From assembly GCA_002796345.1 (NCBI GenBank), contig PCXC01000039.1:4-64003 (forward strand): 64,000 nt of DNA. Reading direction: 5' to 3'. Every line of letters starts with the position of its first letter. The stretch's first letter is position 1. Source of the stretch: Deltaproteobacteria bacterium CG11_big_fil_rev_8_21_14_0_20_42_23 (GTDB taxonomy: Bacteria; UBA10199; 2-02-FULL-44-16). The notes under the pieces were generated by a model. That model saw only the letters and a list, made by a program, of their open reading frames with translations. It did no database searches and was not told the origin of the DNA. The position numbers and the translations under genes are program-made. Of the stretch, positions 1 to 10,000 are shown piece after piece.

Positions 1-41
1 CTCTGTACTGAACTTCTGTTGTCTTCCCATATTGCCCTCCA

Positions 42-767
42 GTGAGAGCCTTACCTCTTTCAAACTGTCCGTCAAATCGGGGTCGGATCATTGTGTACTT
101 GGCTGGAAGCAGTACTTCGGCAACGCTTCCACAGATGCTTCCATCGGTAAAGCCAGAGCGAAGTGCTCAGTATATTCCAGATGCCATGGTGATGAAAGTA
201 AACTTGAAGGGAGAAGTAATAGCTTCCTTGTTTTTGGGTGGCAATTCGATAGATCAGGTAAATGATCTTGCGCTTACGAAAGGTAAAAAACTTGTTTTGG
301 TGGGAGCGACGCGTTCTGATAATTTTCCCTTAAGTTCAGATGCTTATGTGAAAACAGTGAAGGGAGAGGAAGACAGTTACTTTGCTTTTCTTGCTCAAGT
401 TTCATCTTCACTTCAAGAAATTCCTTTTTCAAGCTACCTCTACGAAGATCCATCTTATTCGTATTCAGTTTCGTCAGATGTCTGGGAGAGAACCTACATT
501 TCAGGCTCGGTGCAAAACAAAGAAGAAAAACCGGGTGAAGTGCAGGATGAAGAAATCACTCCCGCCGATTATGATGCTGTAGTTCGTCAAGTTCACTTTG
601 GCCTTGCTTCGAAGTCCACCGGTTTCCTCGCGGAAAATCCATTGGGAGTAGTTACTGCAGGTGATGAAGAGGAACAAGCTGTACAGTTAAACCAACAAGA
701 CGTGGGGAAAGGTGCTAGCAATCAAAGTGCCGCTGGTGGATGCAGCTTAATTCAAAAGAGATTCTAG
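42..767 (+). CDS. Beta-propeller (SBBP-like) repeat protein. The repeat register looks interrupted at the window edge by an in-frame TGA at 9-11, so the gene may be 5'-truncated or frameshifted.
   Basis: Translation shows repeated units of the SBBP beta-propeller type, e.g. GRIIVYLAGSSTSATLP, DAMVMKVNLKGEVIASLFLGGNSIDQ and VLVGATRSDNFPLSSDAYVKT..DSYFAFLAQV. The first start is GTG at 42. There is no signal peptide. Frame 2 is open from the window start to 265. Confidence 0.35.
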   Translation: MRALPLSNCPSNRGRIIVYLAGSSTSATLPQMLPSVKPERSAQYIPDAMVMKVNLKGEVIASLFLGGNSIDQVNDLALTKGKKLVLVGATRSDNFPLSSDAYVKTVKGEEDSYFAFLAQVSSSLQEIPFSSYLYEDPSYSYSVSSDVWERTYISGSVQNKEEKPGEVQDEEITPADYDAVVRQVHFGLASKSTGFLAENPLGVVTAGDEEEQAVQLNQQDVGKGASNQSAAGGCSLIQKRF

Positions 768-1742
768 CTTTTTGGCTCGTTTGAGCAGGAGTTTCACTTC
801 GGGATCATGAGGATTTTTATGGTGCTCTTCACCTAGAACACAAATCAGTTCCTCAAGTTTTTTGATGGATTTTTTGTGTTCCTTTGCTTCCGAAATATAA
901 GCGGCATATTCCTCAGGATTTGCTTCCAACAAAAGATATCGCCAATTAATCATATCTGAAACCGTAAAGGCATCTTCGATTGCTGCAATGTTCAATTCGG
1001 CCTGATGTTCTTTGGGATTCAGATAAGTTCCAAACAGTTTATCCATGAGCGGATTTACAATGGTGAAGTTGCAACGTTGATCCCAATGGTGGAGCAGGTG
1101 AATATCCTCGAGCCATTTGAAGTATTTGCTTCCAGCCCATTTGTGGCCTTTTACATGAAACAGCTTGTGGCATTTGCTGATGACACACTTTGCATACCAC
1201 GCAACAGCAGCGATGAACGTGACGGTGGCAATGCTGATGCCATGTTGAAAGAGGAACAGCCCTGCCAGCAAAAGCCCAGGCAGAGACCATGTCCAGGCGA
1301 TGCCTTTTTCTGCAGCGGCATACTCTTGAGCACGTTTGTAAATGGTGCCGATGGGGTAAATAATCATGTGGTGAATCCAATGATATCTCTGGCTTTTACG
1401 AATAAGGTAAGCACGTCGAGTCATCCAACTAACATGCTGAAACCAACGGTGATAAAGATAGCCAAAAAATTCTACCAGCAAGATGCCACGAATAAACATG
1501 ACAAGAGGAAGTAAAACGTAATCTGCAATCCAAGCTGACATGCCACGCGCTACAAAAGCATCAAGCGCCATTTGGCTGAAGGGTTCCATCCACGAAAAGA
1601 GGAAAAGAGCGCCCAAGCCAAACCAACACCAGGCCCTGTACAACACTTCCTGAGCAAGAGTACGTCTAGGTTTTAGGGCTTGTTCGTAAATCATAGGCAA
1701 AGTGTAACTTTTTTTGCCCAAGACCGTCAATGTGAAAAACAT
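747..1742 (-). CDS. Fatty acid hydroxylase / sterol desaturase superfamily membrane protein
   Basis: Histidine-box motifs HRWFQH, HWIHH and HLLHH sit within a polytopic hydrophobic protein. The gene lies 15 bp downstream of the ATP-grasp gene on the same strand. Confidence 0.6.
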   Translation of the reverse strand: MFFTLTVLGKKSYTLPMIYEQALKPRRTLAQEVLYRAWCWFGLGALFLFSWMEPFSQMALDAFVARGMSAWIADYVLLPLVMFIRGILLVEFFGYLYHRWFQHVSWMTRRAYLIRKSQRYHWIHHMIIYPIGTIYKRAQEYAAAEKGIAWTWSLPGLLLAGLFLFQHGISIATVTFIAAVAWYAKCVISKCHKLFHVKGHKWAGSKYFKWLEDIHLLHHWDQRCNFTIVNPLMDKLFGTYLNPKEHQAELNIAAIEDAFTVSDMINWRYLLLEANPEEYAAYISEAKEHKKSIKKLEELICVLGEEHHKNPHDPEVKLLLKRAKKLESLLN

Positions 1743-1757
1743 TCACCTTAAAGTTGT

Positions 1758-3008
1758 TTATTGAGCTTGTATTTCTACTCCTTTCGTCAAAGCATCTCTA
1801 ATCTCACCTCTTCTTCTTTCAAGTGCAAATGGAGGAAGATTGTTTGCATAAATATAATGTCCTATACGGCTTCCGGTTGAGCCTTCTGGAGCATGGGTGG
1901 TATCACCAGGCACAACCCAAAGTTCATGAGATAACAGACCCTCAAGTCCGCTGAGTTCACTGGGTGGTGTGGCAGTAACTGTTCCTGCATGAGGTGCTGC
2001 AAGCAGTTCAGTTCCAATATCATTGTCACGGTAAATGGGATTTGGTTTATAGTCTCCATCAAAAAGCGCCAAGACCCAAGCTTCGGCGAGATCAATACCG
2101 GTGAAGGCTTTGTACAACGGAACAATTGATCCGCCAGGAAGACGTAGTGCAGCTTCACCAAAAAGAATGCGTTGATCGGGAGTGAGGAAAAATTCAATGT
2201 GAGCAACTCCCGTTTTGTTTTGAACCTGAAGAGCGCGCAACATTTTTATTCCATATGCTATCATTGTTTCTTCTTGCGGAGTTCTTGCGTAGTGGCACGT
2301 CATATTCCCCGGAAAGGCAGCATTAAGAAGGGGTTCCGGGTATCGGCATAATTCGACGAACAAGTTTTCACCACCTCTAAAAAGTAAATCAACATGATAT
2401 TCTGCAGCTGCGTTCACAAAAGCTTCTGCAATATAATGCTGTGATTTGCCTTGTATTTCATACCAGGCTTTTAAAAGTTCACTTCTCTTGTTGATCACTT
2501 TTGTTCCAATGCAACCAAAGCCAGTGCGAGGTTTGAGCACGATGTGAAAATCGTATTCTCGAGCAAAGTTGTAGAGGTCGGTGTAATTTCGAGTGAGATC
2601 AGTAAAGTCTGCCGTAGCCAGACCTTGCTTTCGAGCAGCTTGTTTCATCAAAAATTTATCACGTGCTAGTTTGGCGGAGTCTGGAGAAATTCCTACAAGG
2701 TTCAGTGCACCACTTAAGCTTGCGGCAGTTTCTACGCAAGCTTCGCGAAGAGGAAGAACATGGCGGACATTACTTCCTTCAAGTGCTTGTTGTACATGAC
2801 GATGGTTGAAAACATTAGGCACTTGGAGAACTCTGATGCTGCCTGGTAATTGTGGGCGCTCACCTTTCGGAAGAACAAGCGTTGTACCAGCTCCTTTCAA
2901 AGCAGCGGCATTTGCCATGCTGGTGAGTTTGCTGTGGTAAGGGCCTACTGAACTTGCTCCAAGTGAAGGGCTGAGAACGACAAGCTGCGGTGTAAGTGGT
3001 TGAAGCAT
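1758..3008 (-). CDS. ATP-grasp domain protein, a carboxylate-amine ligase-like enzyme
   Basis: The central region (HIVLKPRTGFGCIGTKVI ... HIEFFLT) fits the ATP-grasp fold. It is co-oriented and tightly linked with the hydroxylase. Confidence 0.55.
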   Translation of the reverse strand: MLQPLTPQLVVLSPSLGASSVGPYHSKLTSMANAAALKGAGTTLVLPKGERPQLPGSIRVLQVPNVFNHRHVQQALEGSNVRHVLPLREACVETAASLSGALNLVGISPDSAKLARDKFLMKQAARKQGLATADFTDLTRNYTDLYNFAREYDFHIVLKPRTGFGCIGTKVINKRSELLKAWYEIQGKSQHYIAEAFVNAAAEYHVDLLFRGGENLFVELCRYPEPLLNAAFPGNMTCHYARTPQEETMIAYGIKMLRALQVQNKTGVAHIEFFLTPDQRILFGEAALRLPGGSIVPLYKAFTGIDLAEAWVLALFDGDYKPNPIYRDNDIGTELLAAPHAGTVTATPPSELSGLEGLLSHELWVVPGDTTHAPEGSTGSRIGHYIYANNLPPFALERRRGEIRDALTKGVEIQAQ

Positions 3009-3235
3009 AAAATCTCCTTAAAAAGGATTCCGCGTGAGCAGAAATGAAAACAATAAATTGTGGGTAAAAAAGGATGTTTGGGCTAGAGGCCCATCATCAT
3101 AGACATCATGACGAAAAGAGGTCCGTCCATGTTGTGGGCGGAGATTGCGGGTAATGCTGAGGAGAATGAAAGATTCATAAGACTTGGGAGAACTAGCCTT
3201 TTTCAGAGTTTACTGTCAAGTCCTAAAAAAGAGAG

Positions 3236-3649
3236 CTAAGGATTTGCGTGGGCTTGATGACAGGCAAAACATGTCTGAGATAAAAAGTCTAAGTCTTGAT
3301 GCAAAAGTTCGGGGGATTTATTTTTGAGGTGCTTTTGCATGGTTTCCATCTGAGAAATAAGGGAGATGATGGGAGATTCAAGCTTGGTGTTTTTATTCAT
3401 CTTGGAAATTATTTGTGCAGTGTTTTTCATTTTTTTCAATGTTTTGGCCACTTCTTTATAATTTATTTCAGCAGACGAAGAAAGTATTTCTAAGTTCACC
3501 CACTCGGAAGCCATGTGGGACATGTGTTTGCGAAGCATCTCATTATTTTGAGGCTCAGTTTTTGTTGCGGTATTTCCGTAAGCAAAAGCGGAAGCTGAAA
3601 AAATGCAGATGAAAAAAAAGAGAAGAAAAGAAAGGTGTTTTGGTTTCAT
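3236..3649 (-). CDS. Class II c-type cytochrome (cytochrome c'-like), secreted
   Basis: There is an N-terminal signal peptide (MKPKHLSFLLFFFICIFSASAFA). The mature protein is a helical domain of about 110 aa with a single C-terminal CxxCH heme motif (CFACHQAH), the class II cytochrome c layout. Confidence 0.5.
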   Translation of the reverse strand: MKPKHLSFLLFFFICIFSASAFAYGNTATKTEPQNNEMLRKHMSHMASEWVNLEILSSSAEINYKEVAKTLKKMKNTAQIISKMNKNTKLESPIISLISQMETMQKHLKNKSPELLHQDLDFLSQTCFACHQAHANP

Positions 3650-3692
3650 AGGCTGGAGTTTCTATCAGATTACAAAATGAAGACAAGAGGAA

Positions 3693-5306
3693 TCAAAGCG
3701 CATCACGTTCATAGGCGATGAGGCTTGAATAAAAGCTAAGGTCAGGGTTTTTATCTTGCAAGTAATGGAGGCGCCATTCATTTTCCAACAAAACAAGAGG
3801 ATAATCTCGTCTGTCGTAAACCACTTGTGCATGATGATATTGGATAAACTCATCCAACTTTTTCTTATCTTTGGAATGAAACCAGCGAGAAAGGTTTGCG
3901 TTGATGGGCAGGAAATCTGCATCAGCACTGTATTCGTTAAGAAGTCTAAATTTCACTACTTCAAGTTGAAGTGTTCCCACAAGTCCAATGATGGTTTCGG
4001 AAGTATGCTTTCGGTGGAAAATTTGAGAAGCACCTTCTTCTGAAAGTTGTTCCAAGCCTTTGTGAAGCTGTTTCACTTTGATGGGGTTTTTGAGTTCAAC
4101 GCGGCAAAAAATTTCGGGAGAGAAAAAGGGAATGCCTGTAAACTGAAGTTTTTCACCTTGCGTGATGGTGTCACCAATCATCAAGTTCCCGCGATCATTA
4201 ATACCAATAATATCTCCAGCATAAGCAGTGTCTACATTTTTTCTATCTTGAGACATAAACTGAATGGCATTGTTGAGCTTGAAAGTGCGCTCTTTTCGAA
4301 CGTGATAAATGTTCATGCCTTGTACAAACTCACCCGAGCAAATGCGCATAAAAGCTACACGGTCCCGATGTTTAGGATCCATGTTGGCTTGAATTTTAAA
4401 AATGAGACCGGTGAAGTTTTTTTCGGAAGGATCAACAACTCTGCTTTCGGCTTTTCGAGGTAAAGGTTGTGGCGCAAGATTGATGAAGCTTTCAAGCATT
4501 TCTTGAACTCCAAAATTATTAAGCGCTGATCCAAAAAAAACGGGGCTTACATTGCCTGCCAAAAAATGTTCTTTTTTAAATTCAGCTCCAGCTCCTTCAA
4601 TGAGTTCGAGATCATCTTTCAATTTTTGAAGAAGGTGATCGTCAATTTTTTTGTTCAGATTTTTATCTTGGATATCGGTGAAGACTTCAGTTTCAAACTG
4701 AGTTGTTTTTGCGCCAGCTTCAAAAAGTCGCACTTGCTTTTTGTCGATATCGTAAACACCTTTGAAGTCCATGCCTTGGCCAATAGGCCATGAGAAAGGA
4801 AAACAGGGGAGGTTCAATTCTTTTTCAATTTGATCAATGAGGTCGAACGGGTCTCTTCCTTCACGATCAAGTTTGTTAATGAAGGTAATAATGGGCAGAT
4901 TTCTATCTCGGCAAACTTCGAACAGTTTTTTGGTTTGCGTTTCAATTCCTTTTGCGGAATCGATGACCATGAGAGCGCAGTCAACTGCGGTGAGTACGCG
5001 GTAAGTGTCTTCGCTGAAATCTTCGTGGCCTGGAGTATCAAGCAAATTGATTTCATAATTTTTGTAGGTGAACTGCATCACTGAAGAAGCAACTGAAATG
5101 CCGCGTTGCTTTTCAATTTCCATCCAGTCCGATTTTGCAAAATGCTTTGCGCGTTTTGCTTTTACCACGCCAGCCATGTGAATGGCATTTCCAAAAAGAA
5201 GTAATTTTTCGGTGATGGTGGTTTTTCCGGCATCAGGATGCGAGATAATGGCAAACGTACGTCTGCGGCTTATTTCGTGTTGAATTTCTGAGCTAGCCAT
5301 TTGCAT
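3693..5306 (-). CDS. prfC: Peptide chain release factor 3
   Basis: The N-terminal RRRTFAIISHPDAGKTT G1 motif, DTPGHEDF and NKLD motifs match RF3 along the full length. Confidence 0.9.
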   Translation of the reverse strand: MQMASSEIQHEISRRRTFAIISHPDAGKTTITEKLLLFGNAIHMAGVVKAKRAKHFAKSDWMEIEKQRGISVASSVMQFTYKNYEINLLDTPGHEDFSEDTYRVLTAVDCALMVIDSAKGIETQTKKLFEVCRDRNLPIITFINKLDREGRDPFDLIDQIEKELNLPCFPFSWPIGQGMDFKGVYDIDKKQVRLFEAGAKTTQFETEVFTDIQDKNLNKKIDDHLLQKLKDDLELIEGAGAEFKKEHFLAGNVSPVFFGSALNNFGVQEMLESFINLAPQPLPRKAESRVVDPSEKNFTGLIFKIQANMDPKHRDRVAFMRICSGEFVQGMNIYHVRKERTFKLNNAIQFMSQDRKNVDTAYAGDIIGINDRGNLMIGDTITQGEKLQFTGIPFFSPEIFCRVELKNPIKVKQLHKGLEQLSEEGASQIFHRKHTSETIIGLVGTLQLEVVKFRLLNEYSADADFLPINANLSRWFHSKDKKKLDEFIQYHHAQVVYDRRDYPLVLLENEWRLHYLQDKNPDLSFYSSLIAYERDAL

Positions 5307-5413
5307 GTGGCGATCTCCTAGTGAGATTTTGAGGGGGATGCAACTAAAAAGCTTGCGCGAAAAAGTGGCTAAAGTTATTACCTTTCTCTCATTTCATTTG
5401 AAGAGGAAACTTT

Positions 5414-6265
5414 ATGGCAGTGGCACTCGAAATTCATCAGCTCAAAAAACATTACGGCTCATTAGTTGCGCTCAATAATCTTGAACTCAGTATTTCAGAA
5501 GGTGAATTTTTCGGCTTACTTGGTCCAAACGGAGCTGGAAAAACAACCTTGATCAAAACGATTATTGGTTTAGCACGAAGAACATCAGGTTCTATAAAGG
5601 TGTTTGGAAAAGATGTGGAAAAAGATTATCTCTATACACGAAAAATGATTGGCGTTGCGGCGCAAGAACCAAATATAGACCACTACTCGCCAATTCAACG
5701 TGTGCTTGAGTTTCAGGGCGGCTATCATGGCATGAATAAAAATGATCGAAGGGAAAAAGCTTTGGCTTTGCTGAAACAATTTGGCCTCATCGAAAAAAGA
5801 AAAGCGATGTTCAAATTTCTTTCTGGCGGAATGCAGCGAAGAGTGATGATTGCACGTTCCATGATGGGATCACCAAAAATCCTCATTCTCGACGAACCCA
5901 GCGCTGGAGTTGATGTAGAGCAGCGTCACGAATTATGGAATGCACTTCGCGATGTGAACAAACAGGGTGTGACCATCATTCTTACCACACACTATATTGA
6001 TGAAGCTGAAGAATTGTGTGAACGCATTGGCATTATTAATAAAGGCGAAATTGAACTTATGGGAAATCCACAACAACTGATCAACAAGTATTGCGATCAG
6101 TATTTTATGGTGAATGGTGAAAAACGCAAAACCTTAGAAGGTCACGATGTGCGTGATGTAGAAGTAAAACAAGGTTCGCTTGAAGAAGTATTTTTAAAAG
6201 TGATTGGAAAATCTATGCATGAATGTGAGCAAGACAGTGAAGCCTCGAAGGATGTTAGTTTATGA
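5414..6265 (+). CDS. ABC transporter ATP-binding protein (ABC-2 type exporter)
   Basis: Walker A GPNGAGKTT, signature LSGGMQRR and Walker B ILILDEP are present. Confidence 0.85.
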   Translation: MAVALEIHQLKKHYGSLVALNNLELSISEGEFFGLLGPNGAGKTTLIKTIIGLARRTSGSIKVFGKDVEKDYLYTRKMIGVAAQEPNIDHYSPIQRVLEFQGGYHGMNKNDRREKALALLKQFGLIEKRKAMFKFLSGGMQRRVMIARSMMGSPKILILDEPSAGVDVEQRHELWNALRDVNKQGVTIILTTHYIDEAEELCERIGIINKGEIELMGNPQQLINKYCDQYFMVNGEKRKTLEGHDVRDVEVKQGSLEEVFLKVIGKSMHECEQDSEASKDVSL

Positions 6266-7029
6266 AAAGATCACTTGTTCCTTTTTTGACTCTTGTAGAA
6301 AGAGAGTCGTATCGCATTTTCAGATTATTTAAGCAGACAGTTGTTCCTCCTGTGATTACCACGGTATTGTTTATCCTCATTTTTGGTTTTTCACTTGGAT
6401 CTAGAATTCATGAAATTGATGGCTTCTCTTATATTCTCTATATCCTGCCTGGATTAGCGGGTATGGGAGTTCTGACGAATGCGTTTTCAAATACAACCAC
6501 CTCAATTTTTTTGGCAAAACTCGACAAGTCCATTCAAGGTATTCTCACAGCTCCACTTTCGTATGTTGAAATTGTTTTAGCTTTTGTCTTGGGAGGAGTT
6601 GTTCGTGGTGTCGTGGTGGGATGTATTACATTACTTGTCGCCTATGGTATTACAGATCTTGCCATTGCATCTCCTTTTCTTACCTTGCTCATTTTTATTC
6701 TTTCTTCTTTTTGCTTCAGTGCTTTTGGAGTGTCGGCTGCGCTGTGGGCTGAAGAGTGGGATCAAATGGCAACGCTGATGAATTTTGTTTTAACGCCACT
6801 TACGTATCTTGGTGGTGTGTTTTATTCTGTGCAAATGCTTCCACCAGTTTGGAAATACATCTCACTGTGCAATCCTCTTTTCTACATGATTGATGCCACA
6901 CGATATGCAGTCTTGGGAACTGCAGACCAGCCAATAGTTGTAAGTCTTTCTGTTTTGCTGGGTTTTAGTGTTTTTGCTTTTGCCTTGGCTCTCGTTCTTT
7001 TTAAACGTGGGTACAAAATTGTAGTATAA
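6262..7029 (+). CDS. ABC-2 family transporter permease
   Basis: It has six predicted TM segments and a 4-nt overlap with the upstream ATPase gene. Confidence 0.75.
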   Translation: MKRSLVPFLTLVERESYRIFRLFKQTVVPPVITTVLFILIFGFSLGSRIHEIDGFSYILYILPGLAGMGVLTNAFSNTTTSIFLAKLDKSIQGILTAPLSYVEIVLAFVLGGVVRGVVVGCITLLVAYGITDLAIASPFLTLLIFILSSFCFSAFGVSAALWAEEWDQMATLMNFVLTPLTYLGGVFYSVQMLPPVWKYISLCNPLFYMIDATRYAVLGTADQPIVVSLSVLLGFSVFAFALALVLFKRGYKIVV

Positions 7030-7062
7030 AAAAAAGCGGGCTCAAACTGAGCCCGCCCTTAG
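7028..7062 (+). terminator. Rho-independent terminator (bidirectional position between convergent genes)
   Basis: The hairpin is aaaaaaaaGCGGGCTCAaactGAGCCCGCcctt, directly after the permease stop. Confidence 0.6.
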
Positions 7063-7083
7063 GTAAAGCGTGATGATAACATC

Positions 7084-10000
7084 CTAGTGCACTGGGAAAA
7101 CATAATCCTGTTTTATAAAATTATCTCCTGAGGCAGCATTTGGATCACTGTACGAAAAAGCTCTTACATGCACTTCACTTATTCCCGTAGGTATGGTTAC
7201 TCTGCATTCAGGATTTGTCGTAAATGGACACCACTTAATGTCTGAATAAGCTGCGCTTGTTCCAACTGCCACTTCGAATTTTGCAAATCCGTCACCATCA
7301 AATCTAAAGTGAACAATATCACCCGCATTGATGCTAGGGTTTGTGGCAGCACCGAGCATGAGCACTTTTTCTCCAGATTCTGGTTCAGGAGTAGGTATTG
7401 GCTCTGGTTCTGGAAGAGGCTCAGGTTCTGGTTCTGGAGTTGGTGCCGGAACTTCAGTTTGACTTCCTATTGAGACCTCAACATCTTTTATCTGAACAAA
7501 GTTTCCAGAACTTGCATTTACATCACTGTAGTAGAACACACGAACGAAGATCGAACTCACTCCAGTTGGAATTTCCTCTCTTGAGATGCATTTAGCTTGA
7601 GTGGTGAGTGGGCACCATCCAAGATCCGCATAGGCTAAGCTGGTTCCTACAGCAGCTTCAAATGCTACAAATCCATCATCATCAAATCTAAAGTGAACGA
7701 TATCACCCGCATTAATGCTAGGGTTTGTAGAGCTACCAAGCATGAACACTTTTTTTCCAGGTGCTGGCGCAGGAGTTGGCTCCGGCGTAGGTTCTGGTGT
7801 TGGTTCTGGTTCTGGAACTGGCTCAGGTGTTGGCGCTGGAGCAGGCTCTGGGTCTGGATCTGGTGTTGGTTCTGGTGTTGGTTCTGGAACTGGTTCAGGC
7901 AGTGGCGCATTGTGCATGTGCGCTTCAATGCGTTCTGCAAGAACTCTTCTCATGTTGTAGACAGCTTCAGGTGAAGTGGCCGTAACATTGTCAACATTTG
8001 GGAACAGTGAATACGTCATATCACGAGCAAACTCTTCATCGCCAAGTTCTTTCAAGAGGTGAAGGTATTCGTAATCTTCAAGGCCTTCGCGAATGAGCTT
8101 AAAGCGAATGGATGCTACTGGAATATCATTTTGTCCACCGATGATACTTGGTTTTCCAGGGTAGAAGAGAGTACCGTCTCCTGATCCAGAGAAAGCACAT
8201 TGTCCACCTGCATTCCATGCTGTTTTCAAGTTATATCCTACGTTGAAGTACAATTCTCCAGTGACATTTTTCTGAAAACTAAACCATTCCATCGCACGTG
8301 CTTGCATGGCAGAAGCATCGATTACATAAGATGGCCATCCGTTGTAATAGCTGCTGGTGCTGGTATCACAGCCATTTCCGCAACCGTGCGACATACAAGA
8401 CTGATACCACCACATTTCTTTTTCTGAACCTTTTGCAAGATGCGTATCATACATTTCTCGAGTTCCGTAAGGAAGTCCTGCTCCCACCCAGTTAATAACA
8501 GGCACGAAGATATCGATAGAGTCTTCGATGCCTCTGCTGAGGGCTTCGGGATATCCAGTGGTAACAAGAGTTGGAATACCTGCACTTTGAACTGGTGCGG
8601 CTCGCGTTGGAATTGCACTCCAAGAACATCCAGCTGGTGGTTCATCACATGTGTAGTTGAAATAGGTGGTATCGTTCCAACCTTTTAACGCCATATGATC
8701 TTTCCAGCGTCTTACTTCACTTTCAGGATCACTTTGATTGAGCGTGTACATACTGAGGGCAGTAAGTTTTGCACCTTCAAGCATGGTGTCTGCAGTTCCG
8801 TCGAGAAGTGGTCCATAGAGTTCATCAAAGTGACTCCAGCCAAGAGACTCTTTTGGCCAATAGTAAATACTAGATTCAAGCGACACGCGATGATCCAGTG
8901 CCACACGTGCATAGAGAAGATTGTAGTGTTCAATACCAGCATCTCCTCCGCAACCACTGTAGCTTCCACCGTGTGCTACGCAAGGCGCATCCCATCCAAG
9001 AGCAAAGGCTGTTTTAAGCGAAGCCGTTGAAGGAAGATCGAAGTCAAACACACGCAACTGGAGAGGCACATCAATGGTTTCTGTGTCTGTTTCTACGCTC
9101 ACAGTTCCTTTAAAAATACCGGCCGCAATTCCTTTTGGGACAAGGACTTCCACCCAAAAGTTTGATGAATCTGCAGCATTGATGTTGTGAGGAAGTGCAT
9201 TACGTTTTTCTTGAAAGTAAGGATCTACATCAGGAATCAAAGGATCAGGCCAATTTCCGGCGGCACCTTCAAGGTTTGATGCAGATGATACAAAGTAAAG
9301 TCCTTCGCGATAAATGGTAAAAGCACTTGAAGCAATGCTTTCCTGGTTGGGTCCAGTTAATGAGCTCACGCGGATAGCATTAATTCTTCTTCCTTGCGAT
9401 CCACCAGCAATCACCACCTGAAAAGGCTCAAACTCGTTTCGTGCGGCTTCAATTGCAACTTCTTTACCCGTTGGTAATGTTGCTCCGGGCCTAAATTTCT
9501 GCGTCGCATTTCCAACACCAATCCAATCGGGAACGTTTGAAGGTTCTGGAACTGGTTCAGGATCTGGAACAGGCGCTGGCTCCGGATCTGGGAGCGGTTC
9601 TGGTTCTGGAGTTGGTTCCGGAACTGGCACAGGCTCGGGATCAGGAACTGGAGCTGGTTCAGGTTCTGGTGCAGGCGCTGGTTCAGGTTCCACTACGGCT
9701 TCCTCGATGTTGAACGTGTGCATAAGCATTGCTGCCGTTTGTCCAACTGTAGCCAGTTGCTTGCCAAAGCTAGAATCGCTTAGGCTTCCATTGAGGTCTA
9801 AGTTAAAACCGTCTGTGCTTTCGAAAAGTAATTTTTCGTACACAAACTTGAAATGTGCAGAGTTGACGCCAAATGGATTTTTATTTGTTCCAAGATCTGG
9901 TCCCGAATAATCTTTTACCAGCTGAAGGAAATCTGCATTTCCTCCTGGGAATCTTCGATAAAGTCTATTTTGTGTCACAATCACATTGCTAAGCGGTCGT

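Noticed and set aside
1005-1514. Antisense or alternate-frame ORFs of 60-169 aa inside the hydroxylase gene
   Set aside because: They are fully nested within a gene that carries conserved histidine-box motifs, and they lack an RBS or any motif.
3090-3116. A tiny Met-rich ORF (MMSMMMGL) on the minus strand in an intergenic region
   Set aside because: It has no RBS and no downstream regulated gene in the right orientation, so it is probably chance.
7665-7985. Several ORFs (QNQHQ-, WFW-, GSGVGSG- and LVLVLEL-rich) on both strands
   Set aside because: They are translations of the low-complexity PEP-linker DNA of the large secreted protein in other frames. They are repeat artefacts, not genes.
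7385-9700. Repetitive DNA that might be mistaken for a CRISPR array or mobile element
   Set aside because: The repeats are imperfect 8-9-mers inside one ORF and encode Pro-Glu-Pro linkers. There are no spacer/repeat periodicity and no cas or transposase genes.
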